Source: a virus
Lineage: Duplodnaviria; Caudoviricetes
Length of the DNA: 35,726 bases
Reading direction: 5' to 3' (one strand)
Virus record (IMG/VR): IMGVR_UViG_3300033146_006881
Location: 1-35,726 of that record
Positions 8,791-17,950 of the stretch are shown one piece after another (within the stretch, counting starts at the first letter, position 1; each line of letters starts with the position of its first letter). The notes beneath the pieces are model-generated. The model saw only the letters and a program-made list of their open reading frames with translations. It had not been told where the DNA came from and searched no databases. The position numbers were made by a program, and so were the translations under genes.

Positions 8791-9366
8791 TTATTCTATT
8801 TTGTTAGTTATGGAATCATCATCTTTAGGACCTTTTAGAACATGAGTTCTAAATTTAAAACTCACGGCTGTTTTGGTCACTTCATTTCCAGATTTATTAT
8901 AATTAATATCACTAATTTGAAATGGAAACACATCCACAAAAATATCTTTAAATTCAATTTTTCCTGTGGGATTTGTTGAAGCAACAGATACATGATTAGA
9001 TTGATAATTAGATGGATAATCCCTGAATTTATTAAAAGGATTGTATATAAGTTTCATCCAGTTTTCAAAAAATCTTCTACAACTTAAACTTGCGTCTTCT
9101 AAAAATGTAATTGATAAATCTTGATCTGCTCGTTCTCCCGCAACATACATCAATCTACCGTTTATATTGGATCCGTTTACTCCTAAAGTAACTCCTGGAC
9201 AACTAACTTCTATAGCATTCCAAGTAAGTTCTATAGTATCCAATTCTGATGGAAAATCTAATTCAGGTTTAGTAACAGTAACAATAAAATTTTGTTGGTA
9301 CTGTAACCCCTTTTTCATGTTGCTGTTTACTATAAATTTTAAAGGATCATTAAAATCAGAACTCAT
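8791..9366 (-). CDS. tail tube-fold protein (gp19/gp54-like), paralogue 3
   Basis: VSCPG, DLSITFLED..CRRFFENWM, FVDVFPFQISDINY, VSFKF. Confidence 0.8.
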   Translation of the reverse strand: MSSDFNDPLKFIVNSNMKKGLQYQQNFIVTVTKPELDFPSELDTIELTWNAIEVSCPGVTLGVNGSNINGRLMYVAGERADQDLSITFLEDASLSCRRFFENWMKLIYNPFNKFRDYPSNYQSNHVSVASTNPTGKIEFKDIFVDVFPFQISDINYNKSGNEVTKTAVSFKFRTHVLKGPKDDDSITNKIE

Positions 9367-10073
9367 GGAATTAATCCTCCAACAAAACCTTTTGCTTTAT
9401 CTAACAGAGATTTTCCTCCATCTTCATCACGAACTATTTCTGCTTCAGCATTTTTGTTTTCTATAGTAGTGTAATTAAATGTTACTGTAAATTCTGAAAA
9501 ACCTTCTTCTTCAGATAAACCAATTTCACCGATTGTTATCGGATAAGCGTTAATAATAGAAATCATATATGAATTTTCCATACTCAAATCACTTTTTAAT
9601 TGGTATATGTCAATATTAGTTAATAAATTTTCAGTATGATTAACTATTCCAGTTCCATCTCCAGAAAATATATCTAGAATATCGTTTAACCAACGAGCAA
9701 AATAATTATAAATTATTCTGTCATGATCAATTATAAAAGTGATATCAAAATCTCCAAGAGCAGCTGGGCCAACCGTCGGCATTTTATAACCTTTCCAGAT
9801 CAATTCTGGAATGTTCATTCCTACCGAGGGAATTTTTGTAGTTTTGACCGCAAAATCTATCATTGTATCCTGTTGAGCAACAGGTACATCAAAAAAAGAT
9901 TTCAACACTTTTGTTGCTGCTGCTTTGAGCTTGTCAAAGAAACTTCCACCAACGGGTTCTTCAGTTGCTGGAGAAGGAATTCTCCCAAAACGAACAAGAA
10001 AAAGATTTCCGCGGGCATAATCTCGAAACTGTCCCTTTATTGCGTCAATATTCATTAGAAAATCCTTGTCCAT
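9363..10073 (-). CDS. tail tube-fold protein (gp19/gp54-like), paralogue 2
   Basis: YARGNLFLV, VKTTKIP, FDITFIID, IYQL, NAYPITIGEI, EFTVTFNY. Confidence 0.82.
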   Translation of the reverse strand: MDKDFLMNIDAIKGQFRDYARGNLFLVRFGRIPSPATEEPVGGSFFDKLKAAATKVLKSFFDVPVAQQDTMIDFAVKTTKIPSVGMNIPELIWKGYKMPTVGPAALGDFDITFIIDHDRIIYNYFARWLNDILDIFSGDGTGIVNHTENLLTNIDIYQLKSDLSMENSYMISIINAYPITIGEIGLSEEEGFSEFTVTFNYTTIENKNAEAEIVRDEDGGKSLLDKAKGFVGGLIP

Positions 10074-10639
10074 GTGTTAAAAGCGAACGAAACTGTAAAA
10101 TTTGAAGCAGCGTTATCGGTATCCATGTCAAGCTCAGAAGCCTCAATGGATTTCGGCCAAACATCATTATATTTGTATATTGCTATCGGCAAACCTTTTT
10201 GACTCAGTTGTTCTAGTAAAATAGTAGAGCCTTCAGAATATTTATTAGCGACCTGTCTATAATTCGATCCTTGATGAACAATATTTTCGTGCCAAGCATC
10301 CATTAAGCTTCGAATTGAGTAATAGGAATCATTCAAAAAGGTAACAGATAAATCATTATAAGTAGCATCACCAGCAACTTTTCGAGTAATTCCCAATCTT
10401 TTATGTTCTAATGTACTCAAGGATCTTTCAGGTAGAGAAATGGATTTGACCAGATAAAAAAGAGCCATTGGATTTCCTAAAAGAAATTTACCACCCGCAA
10501 TAACGTTGGATACATTGGCCATTAAAGTATTTTCACCCACAGGTTCAAACACGGATGGATTCGGTAAAATCTGTACCGCAAATCTATTAGGTCTAGCAAC
10601 GTCCTTTACGGTAGATTTGTAATCATCTATTTTAATCAT
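10055..10639 (-). CDS. tail tube-fold protein (gp19-like), paralogue 1
   Basis: ARPNRFAV, VKSISLP, KVAGDATYNDLSVTFLND, VWPKSIEASELDMD, FTVSFAFNTW. Confidence 0.88.
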   Translation of the reverse strand: MIKIDDYKSTVKDVARPNRFAVQILPNPSVFEPVGENTLMANVSNVIAGGKFLLGNPMALFYLVKSISLPERSLSTLEHKRLGITRKVAGDATYNDLSVTFLNDSYYSIRSLMDAWHENIVHQGSNYRQVANKYSEGSTILLEQLSQKGLPIAIYKYNDVWPKSIEASELDMDTDNAASNFTVSFAFNTWTRIF

Positions 10640-10642
10640 AAA

Positions 10643-10689
10643 AATGCCTTTTAAAATTATTATAATTATTTATAACTCTAAAAGGCATT
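10643..10689 (-). promoter_or_regulatory. RNA hairpin covering the RBS, with T4-type late promoter in it; may also terminate
   Basis: AATGCCTTTTAGAGTTAT pairs with ATAATTTTAAAAGGCATT (two G-U); TATAAATA at 10674-10667. Confidence 0.78.
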
Positions 10690-10716
10690 CAATATTTTAA
10701 TTTTAAATGTGAATTT

Positions 10717-11268
10717 TTAAGTGCAGATAATTCTACCAGTGGTTTCTTCAGAAAAGGAAACAGACATAGAGTTTTCAGAAATATGAATTATTTCAGCTTC
10801 AGCATGTGCTTCTTTAAGAAAAGTTCCACCAAGAAAAGTCCCGATTTCTATCGAGGTATTAGGAATCCTGTTTAAATTGTGATTCACTAACCATGTATTC
10901 GAAGGAGTTTGCTGTTCGTGAACGAAGCCTGAAATTGAAGCAGCTTGATTATAGAGTCGTTCTAAAGTTTCCCTTGTAACACGAATCTGAAATTTTGAAC
11001 CAATCGGAAAAGCTTTAATCATACTTCCTTCTTGCCCGCGAACAACAGAGAATTGATTTCCAATTTTTCTTTTTACTTGAACGATTTCCCACTCTTTTGT
11101 CTGAACATTTTCTAAAGTTCCAACATAAAATTCTGTGCCAAAAACCGGCTCAGGAAATTTATGCTCATCTACTGAAATTATAAAAATTTCGGTATCACTG
11201 GAAGTACCACCAAGAGGTTGATCAAGATATGATGAAGCATTATTCTCGTAAATCTGTTTTAAAGCCAT
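10717..11268 (-). CDS. tail fibre-associated structural protein
   Basis: EIVQV...VVRGQEGS..KAF..G...RVT and FVHEQQTPSNTWLVNHNLNRIP motifs are common in phage tail accessory proteins. Confidence 0.6.
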   Translation of the reverse strand: MALKQIYENNASSYLDQPLGGTSSDTEIFIISVDEHKFPEPVFGTEFYVGTLENVQTKEWEIVQVKRKIGNQFSVVRGQEGSMIKAFPIGSKFQIRVTRETLERLYNQAASISGFVHEQQTPSNTWLVNHNLNRIPNTSIEIGTFLGGTFLKEAHAEAEIIHISENSMSVSFSEETTGRIICT

Positions 11269-11271
11269 CTG

Positions 11272-11643
11272 TTATTCCTCGAAAATTGATTCCAGTTTAA
11301 GCATGTCCTGAGTTGTGATTTCAATTACACGATCTTTTGTTTCGAAATCGTTGATGTTGAAAGCATCAAATTCAATTTCAACATCTTCATGCATAAGTTC
11401 GATGAACTCTTTTTGAAACTGAGCCATCGCATCTTTGGGAATTTCAATGTTTTGTGTTTTTTCATTCAAAACGCCAAGTTTTTTGACTAATTTAACTCGT
11501 TCTTCTTCAATCACGGTTAAATTTTCATCAATCGCCTTTACCAATTTATTGAGTTTGAACGCTAATTTAAGGGGTAAAGATTGTTCAACTAATCTGCTCA
11601 ATGGTTCTTTCATTTCTTGGATTTGACCCAATTTAAATTTCAT
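11272..11643 (-). CDS. DUF1617-like helical phage protein
   Basis: LSRLVEQSLPLKLAFKLNKLVKAIDENL..IEEER.KL pattern; AAGGAG SD; own promoter. Confidence 0.6.
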   Translation of the reverse strand: MKFKLGQIQEMKEPLSRLVEQSLPLKLAFKLNKLVKAIDENLTVIEEERVKLVKKLGVLNEKTQNIEIPKDAMAQFQKEFIELMHEDVEIEFDAFNINDFETKDRVIEITTQDMLKLESIFEE

Positions 11644-11666
11644 TTACTTTCTCCTTTGTTTAATTA

Positions 11667-11695
11667 ATTATACAACACGTTTTTTAATTTGTCAA
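11667..11695 (-). promoter_or_regulatory. sigma70 consensus promoter
   Basis: TTGACA(11695-11690)-17 nt-TATAAT(11672-11667). Confidence 0.85.
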
Positions 11696-11696
11696 A

Positions 11697-12260
11697 TTAT
11701 ACAGAACGAGTGACCACCCAACCATATGTGGCACCTGACCAACAAAATTCAATTGAACCGTATTGATTACTAAAAGTGTAATCAGCAGTCGTGCCCATAA
11801 TCGGGTTGCCATTTCTCAAAACTGTTAGATTGTTAGTTGAAAAATCACAACCAGCATCAACAATTTTAATTCTGGCACTCTCGGTTGGTGCGAAAGGAAG
11901 TTGAATGGAAACAGCACCCGCCCAACCAACAAAAATATTATCAACAGTTTCCGCTCCCACAATTCCACCAGGATCATTATTAATATTTCTCCAAGAATGA
12001 TATGCTTCAAGTGCTGTCTGACCTTCAGATATATTTGATAACTCTGTATTTATTGTTTCAATATCTCCACCAGAACCATCTAAAGCGTCAAGTCTTAAAT
12101 TATGGGAACTAATAGTAGTGTCCATAGTTACTATATCCGCAGCGTTATCATCTGCAGTAACATGAGCATTTTCAATTCCCGACTCTATTTTATTTAGATG
12201 AACTTCATCAAGCGGAGTATTAGGATCGTTGTTTAACCAAGCAGTTTTTGTGTAAGCCAT
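11697..12260 (-). CDS. tail fibre/adaptor protein
   Basis: MAYTKTAW..TPLDEVHLNKIESGI start, coiled coil, and C-terminal LP..P..IVD..F..NNLTVLRNG..GW module. Confidence 0.65.
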   Translation of the reverse strand: MAYTKTAWLNNDPNTPLDEVHLNKIESGIENAHVTADDNAADIVTMDTTISSHNLRLDALDGSGGDIETINTELSNISEGQTALEAYHSWRNINNDPGGIVGAETVDNIFVGWAGAVSIQLPFAPTESARIKIVDAGCDFSTNNLTVLRNGNPIMGTTADYTFSNQYGSIEFCWSGATYGWVVTRSV

Positions 12261-12272
12261 AATTTATTCCTA

Positions 12273-14039
12273 TTAATTATGTGGTAATAGACCCACTGAA
12301 GGTCTAAGATCAATTTCAGGTGTTAATGGTGGAATGATGTTGTCCAATTTAGTAAATTCTCGGATTCTCATTCTAGCACTACAATCGTTCGAATTCGATG
12401 TTATTTTTAAATATATGTTATTTATATCATGTTCTAAAGTAAAAATGAATGGATTGTTCATTGCGGAACTAACTTCACCAAATTCTAGCATTGAAGGATA
12501 GTTTCCATCAAATAAGATATTTAAATCTTCCATCATAATACCACGACCATCATGATCTTCCAAAGTAAAACTAATTTTAGCAGCTCTAAAGTTCGTTTTA
12601 TTGAACATTTTTAAAACGATTCCCGGTTGAGCGTTTAAATGGTTCACAGTTTCAAGATATTCAGAATCTTTTACTTGTTGATATTGGGCATCTGTTAAAT
12701 GATTTGTTTGCGGTGGAGAAAATAACGCTCCATCACCCTGTACACCAGTCATCGAATCATGATTTATATCAATAGAACTTTCGCGTTCAGAGGTCTTGTG
12801 CCAGGAAGTGTCATCCTCATACCAAAGATATTCTGCCCAGCCACTATCTACTTGAGGATCAGCGGAAGCGTCCACAACATGAACTCTAAGACCATTAAAC
12901 TGATCGTTAATTGCCATCAAAGCAGCATAATCATCAACTATTCTAATATCTTTAAAACTCGGTAAATATGTGTCATCAATAACACCAAAATGGTTCAATG
13001 GAGCATAACCGATATCTTTTTGACCAGCCATGTTGGACCAATCATAAAATGCTGGTGTTATGAGATCATTATCAATTAATAATGTTCCTGTAGTATGATT
13101 ACTATAGCCCCAATCAATCTTAAACCAATCACCAATTACATTTCCAGTGATTATTATTGAATTGGTGTTATGTTGAACAGATAAATTTGAATGTGAGGCA
13201 GCTAAATTAGCAGCAATATCAGAAATCATAGAAGATAAATTTGGCGAAGCTGGAGCATCAAAATATTTTGTTGGTTCAACATTAAAAGTGTAGGAAATTG
13301 TTTCATTCTCAACTATATTACCAGAAAAAGTAACAATATACTTTTTAAAGGATCGAATGACCACTCCTTCAGGCATTAATTTTTTATTTATTATCGCTGC
13401 AGAATTTAAACCCGCATAACCATCTGGTTGATTTTTGTGGGCAGTTACTTCAACTCCTGATAATCCACCAGAAATTGCGTTCCAACCATCTTTATCATTT
13501 TGGGTCACGAATAGAACTTGCTCATCAGCAGCAAAACCCGTTTGGTTTATTGTTGTCGGCTCAACTTTTCCATCAGCATTAAGAGTAGATATTCCAAAAG
13601 GAACGCCAAAAAGTTGTTCCATTGTTTTGTAGACATTAGACCCAGGAGGATTCTCAACAATCATTCCATCCCAAAGAGCTGAAAAACTTAATTTTCCTGC
13701 TGAATTTAAACCCGCATAACCATTAGCTATATTCTTGTGAAGAATTTTTTCGAAATCTCCAGAATCAGCAACTATAGTGTTCCAGTTGATTATTTCTTGT
13801 GCTGTTGCCCATTGATGATTAGAATCTTCGACAACATCAGAAGGATCAATCGGTTCACCCTTAAAAGCAAATAATTTTACTTCAGTACCATCCCAATAGG
13901 CAGGGGCATCAAAATCGGTTGCCCAAAAAATTCTGCCCTCTGTTCCGGTGGTTATCGTAGTAGAATCAACATGTTCCAAAACAAATTTAATAAGTTGATT
14001 CAACTTTAAATCTATATTTGTGTAAAAATGTTTACTCAT
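12273..14039 (-). CDS. tail fibre-like protein with GYAGLN repeats
   Basis: HKNIANGYAGLNSAGKL, HKNQPDGYAGLNSA, GISTLNADGKV, GYAPLNHFGVI..YLP. Start ATG 14039 or TTG 14045. Confidence 0.65.
   Translation of the reverse strand: MSKHFYTNIDLKLNQLIKFVLEHVDSTTITTGTEGRIFWATDFDAPAYWDGTEVKLFAFKGEPIDPSDVVEDSNHQWATAQEIINWNTIVADSGDFEKILHKNIANGYAGLNSAGKLSFSALWDGMIVENPPGSNVYKTMEQLFGVPFGISTLNADGKVEPTTINQTGFAADEQVLFVTQNDKDGWNAISGGLSGVEVTAHKNQPDGYAGLNSAAIINKKLMPEGVVIRSFKKYIVTFSGNIVENETISYTFNVEPTKYFDAPASPNLSSMISDIAANLAASHSNLSVQHNTNSIIITGNVIGDWFKIDWGYSNHTTGTLLIDNDLITPAFYDWSNMAGQKDIGYAPLNHFGVIDDTYLPSFKDIRIVDDYAALMAINDQFNGLRVHVVDASADPQVDSGWAEYLWYEDDTSWHKTSERESSIDINHDSMTGVQGDGALFSPPQTNHLTDAQYQQVKDSEYLETVNHLNAQPGIVLKMFNKTNFRAAKISFTLEDHDGRGIMMEDLNILFDGNYPSMLEFGEVSSAMNNPFIFTLEHDINNIYLKITSNSNDCSARMRIREFTKLDNIIPPLTPEIDLRPSVGLLPHN
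13402..13723. repeat. 22-nt direct repeat, 300 nt apart
   Basis: gaatttaaacccgcataaccat at 13402-13423 and 13702-13723. Confidence 0.9.
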
Positions 14040-14688
14040 TTTCAAGTCCTAAATGATTAAGGATTTTATCGATTTTTTCTTGTTGCTCTTTGAAACCTTC
14101 GATCAATACAGCGACTAAACGATCATAAGCAATTCCTTCAATGATCCCATTTTTCACGTCAACAACTTCAGGAACGATTTCGAAAACTTCCTCGGCAATC
14201 ATTCCAATATCAGGAGTCCCATCTTTTTTCCAAGTAAAATTTACTCCTTCGAGTTGTTTTATTGTTTCAGTTGCTAATCGAATTGGAGAAATATTTGTTT
14301 TAAATCTTTTTGAAGAAACAGAGTTAAAAGAAGTAGCGTTCAATCCACTAAATTCATCATATTCTACTAAAGCATAATTTGTTGGTACTGAAGTGGATTC
14401 GTTTAATTTTTTGGATTGTAAATTTGACATTAAACCATGTTCAGTGTTTGTAACCAACATGTTAATCCAAATGTCATTAATCAGCATTTTCCAAGTATCA
14501 GGATTTGTTGTAGTGTCTCGCCAAATACTTCCGTTCAGAACAGTGACATAACTATTCAAAGGATCTTCTGGACCCACATAAATTCGCTCTTCCAAAACTT
14601 TTTCGAGATACGAATTAGAAACAGCATCATTTTCTGTGGCAACAGAAATCTTGATAAGTCTTTTGGGAACTATACGTTTTACAGCCAT
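14032..14688 (-). CDS. short fibre protein with C-terminal intramolecular chaperone (peptidase S74-like)
   Basis: SSKRFKTNI..L.GVNFTWK..IGMIAEEV..IVPEVV..IAYDRLVAVLIEGFKEQQ. Confidence 0.88.
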   Translation of the reverse strand: MAVKRIVPKRLIKISVATENDAVSNSYLEKVLEERIYVGPEDPLNSYVTVLNGSIWRDTTTNPDTWKMLINDIWINMLVTNTEHGLMSNLQSKKLNESTSVPTNYALVEYDEFSGLNATSFNSVSSKRFKTNISPIRLATETIKQLEGVNFTWKKDGTPDIGMIAEEVFEIVPEVVDVKNGIIEGIAYDRLVAVLIEGFKEQQEKIDKILNHLGLENE

Positions 14689-14703
14689 TTTAAATTAACC
14701 TTT

Positions 14704-15342
14704 TTAAAAAACAATTTTCCAACCAAATGTTGAATCAATAAAAACTAAGTCAAAATTAAAATCATCAACATTACAAATTATATCTTCTTCTTCATTATCG
14801 ACTCTGTTTCCATTTCTGAAAATAGTTAAGTGGTTTTCTTCAAATGAAGAATATTTGTCAATAATTTTTATCGTATCTCCATATCCTGGATTAGCAGGTA
14901 ACGAAACAGAAAAATCACTATAAGAAGTGTCCACAAGATAACCACCTGCTGCTAAAATTAGTCCATTATCAGAATCGTCAATCCCGGTTAAAATTAAAGA
15001 GATTGTGTGCCATGTATTGTCTCCTCGTAAGAATGTCAAGTTTGTTCCACCAGGTGGAACATGAATTCCACTATCTAAAACATGAGCCTCAGTATTCTGA
15101 ATTCTAGCTTCAAAAGCACCTTTATTAGGATCCCATGATGTTAGAGCACCTAAAGAATCAATGGACCAACTAGAAGTGTTAATTTTTAATGGAGAAGCTG
15201 GTACTCCAGTAGCTTGACTAATTAAAATTCGATCCGCATTAATTAAATTGTTTATACCTGTTCCACCATGTTCCACAGGCAAAATATTAATCGAATTTGC
15301 TAGATCATATTCTACATATCTATCATCAAGTTTATTTGACAT
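14704..15342 (-). CDS. tail fibre/adaptor protein
   Basis: LPVEHGGTG and TFLRGDNTW fibre motifs; C-terminal LPANPGYGDTIKIID...GW module. Confidence 0.7.
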   Translation of the reverse strand: MSNKLDDRYVEYDLANSINILPVEHGGTGINNLINADRILISQATGVPASPLKINTSSWSIDSLGALTSWDPNKGAFEARIQNTEAHVLDSGIHVPPGGTNLTFLRGDNTWHTISLILTGIDDSDNGLILAAGGYLVDTSYSDFSVSLPANPGYGDTIKIIDKYSSFEENHLTIFRNGNRVDNEEEDIICNVDDFNFDLVFIDSTFGWKIVF

Positions 15343-15357
15343 AATTTCCTCTAAAAC

Positions 15358-15365
15358 TATTTATA
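15358..15365 (-). promoter_or_regulatory. T4-type late promoter
   Basis: Intergenic TATAAATA followed by AGAGGA SD and ATG 15342. Confidence 0.75.
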
Positions 15366-17606
15366 TTAATATAATTCGTACCACGAAACAACTCCAGCAG
15401 CAGTTCCAGCTCTGTAAAAATAATTATTAGGAATAATTATTCCATTTTGTGGAATGCTAATCCAAATAACATTATCATCAGACATTTCTAAAGTTCCAGG
15501 CGAAGAAAAATCCGTAAGGAGTTGAATCGCTTCTCCAGAAGTGTTCTGATATGTTGTGGAGTCATCTCTGTTGGTTGTTTCATCATGCCAAGTTTGGCCT
15601 GTTCCTAGTCCACCAGCGTTTGCTTGAATTGTAGACACCAAATCGGTAATATCAGCAGAAACGTGTTGGTGAGATAAAGAAGCACCACCAACTTGACTAA
15701 GAGTAACACCATGCGGATTTGTCAAATCTCCAACATGATTATCAATCGCGTCAGTATTATCGCTGATCAAATCAGCATTGGTTGTACTCATATCAGCAAA
15801 ACCAAATTTCTCATAAAATTCAATAACATCACCAGAATTTACGGGAACCAACATCTGAACAGTGTGTTTATCAACTTCAGTATAATCGATATCTAATATT
15901 TGTCTAACTCGATTTAGATAAAGTTCCAAAGCTTTGGCACCGACTGTATAATCTGCTCCATTTGGTACAGTTATAGTCTGATTAGTTCCTGATGAGGTAA
16001 AATATTCTCTCATTCTTGTATATGTAGTTGTTGATGTATTCCAAGTTCCATAAAAAACTCCAAAACTATGAAATTCGACTGAATCATCTTGGAATTCAAA
16101 CTTTAAATAAAATTCATCAATGTTAGATGTTGGGCTGATAACATCGTTCATATTGATAGGAATCCAAGCAGGATCATTTGGTAACAATGGGTCGTTCAAA
16201 CCTGAGCCGACTAAAGAATAAGAAATATTTAATCCAGCGTTTTCGTCTTTATTCGTCAAAGCGTGAACAAAAAAACTATAAGAATTTCCGACATGATCAG
16301 GATTCCAAATATTTTTAGTCGTGATATACCAAGGTCCTGCCGGATAATCTTCAACTTTATAGAGAGTATCATCACCAGAATAGTTAAGATTTTGATTAAT
16401 CACAGAATCGCTTTGATTAACTTCATCAAATAAGTCATAATATCCAAATTTAAATGGTGTTTTATCTAATATTTCAGCGAAATATTCTAATTCAAAAGAA
16501 GAACTAATGTCTGAACCTTCCCCAATTCCTTCTCCAAAAATCTTCCAATCGACTCCATCGTGCGTAAACTGCCATCTGTCGATGGTTTCATTATATCGAA
16601 TTCCTACATCACGTTCATCCCCTCTTTTTACCATCAAAGAGAAAAATTGATCTGGGGTTCCGGTAACTTGAGCATTATTAACAACAATATTACCACCATC
16701 TAAAATCAATTTGGCCGCTTCATCTAAATTAATATCTTCTCCAGCTCGTAAACCTTCAAGGAAAGTTATCAATCTATGAGCAACATCTGGAACATCTTTT
16801 CGTAAAAACATTAAATCACATTCAGATTTGCTATAAATTATTCCAGAAGATATTAAAATATTTACGAATTCGTCAATATCTTCTTGTCTCGTTGTTAAAA
16901 TTCTATGATAAGAATTTCCTTCATCCATTGAGGCTTCGAAAAATCCCGAATTATTATACCGAACATAATCTGTAAAAAATCCTTGTTGTTTATCTAGATT
17001 TACTGCTAAGAGACCTTTGACAACGACAATATTATAAAACTGGACTACTGGATCGGTGACGGCTGATGGTGATCGACTAAATCCTAAAATAGCTTCAAAT
17101 CCTGATATCAAATGTGAAGCACTGAAATTAAAAGCAACCCGGTGGCGAACAGGATGGCCAAATTCATTTAATTTAGGTTCAAGTGTTTTTAGGAGATTAG
17201 GAACATAATCATTAGGATCAGAAAAATTTATGTCTTGAATATATGGACGGTAAACATTTGGACCAATCGATTGACCTCTTAAAGATAAATCAATATTATC
17301 AGTTGTTTTAAAATCTATGATAATAGTAAAAACATTTTCTGTTAATTTTGGAGCAATATTTTGTTCCATTCTACTATTAGGATCATTAAAATTAAAAATG
17401 TTAGTTAATGGCGTCACGGGCATATTACTAAAATCCCATGCTATCTTCTTCAAAGTATTACTGGAATCTAAAACTGTTTCGTCCACTTTTGGATTAATAA
17501 TTAAATTTTCAAATCCTCCTTCACTTAATTTTTCAATCATTGTGTTATAGATTGATTTAATGTTATAAAGTGAAGCTTGATTTGGTATTAAAAAATTTTC
17601 ATTCAT
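15366..17606 (-). CDS. tail fibre / receptor-binding protein
   Basis: NHVGDLTNPHGVTLSQVG knot motif; C-terminal LGTGQTW...TTYQNTSG..I...WYEL tip domain. Confidence 0.7.
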   Translation of the reverse strand: MNENFLIPNQASLYNIKSIYNTMIEKLSEGGFENLIINPKVDETVLDSSNTLKKIAWDFSNMPVTPLTNIFNFNDPNSRMEQNIAPKLTENVFTIIIDFKTTDNIDLSLRGQSIGPNVYRPYIQDINFSDPNDYVPNLLKTLEPKLNEFGHPVRHRVAFNFSASHLISGFEAILGFSRSPSAVTDPVVQFYNIVVVKGLLAVNLDKQQGFFTDYVRYNNSGFFEASMDEGNSYHRILTTRQEDIDEFVNILISSGIIYSKSECDLMFLRKDVPDVAHRLITFLEGLRAGEDINLDEAAKLILDGGNIVVNNAQVTGTPDQFFSLMVKRGDERDVGIRYNETIDRWQFTHDGVDWKIFGEGIGEGSDISSSFELEYFAEILDKTPFKFGYYDLFDEVNQSDSVINQNLNYSGDDTLYKVEDYPAGPWYITTKNIWNPDHVGNSYSFFVHALTNKDENAGLNISYSLVGSGLNDPLLPNDPAWIPINMNDVISPTSNIDEFYLKFEFQDDSVEFHSFGVFYGTWNTSTTTYTRMREYFTSSGTNQTITVPNGADYTVGAKALELYLNRVRQILDIDYTEVDKHTVQMLVPVNSGDVIEFYEKFGFADMSTTNADLISDNTDAIDNHVGDLTNPHGVTLSQVGGASLSHQHVSADITDLVSTIQANAGGLGTGQTWHDETTNRDDSTTYQNTSGEAIQLLTDFSSPGTLEMSDDNVIWISIPQNGIIIPNNYFYRAGTAAGVVSWYELY

Positions 17607-17620
17607 GATTTTATCCTATG

Positions 17621-17926
17621 TTAAACTGTTCCAAAAGTAATGACATCACCAACAACAGTTAAATTTCCAGAAGAATCTAATTTAGCTTTTTTCGTACCAT
17701 TAAATGAGAAATATAAAACTCCTGAAATTTCTTTTATTTCCCAATTATCGCTTTCGAGTGAAGCCATTGAACCTTCGTGAATGGTACTAAGTTCTTGCTC
17801 AACAGCAACCAATCTTCCTTCGTTCTCTAAATTGGTAACATTAGTAACCCCTTGATCGATCTGACTACTTGATTTAGTGATCACTCTACCAATTCCATCA
17901 ATTTTATTTACAATTTGTTCTGCCAT
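17621..17926 (-). CDS. small fibre-associated protein
   Basis: C-terminal LYFSFNGTKKAKLDSSGNLTVVGDVITFG triple-beta-like motif. Confidence 0.6.
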   Translation of the reverse strand: MAEQIVNKIDGIGRVITKSSSQIDQGVTNVTNLENEGRLVAVEQELSTIHEGSMASLESDNWEIKEISGVLYFSFNGTKKAKLDSSGNLTVVGDVITFGTV

Positions 17927-17950
17927 ATCAGTTATCTCTTTGGTAAAAAA

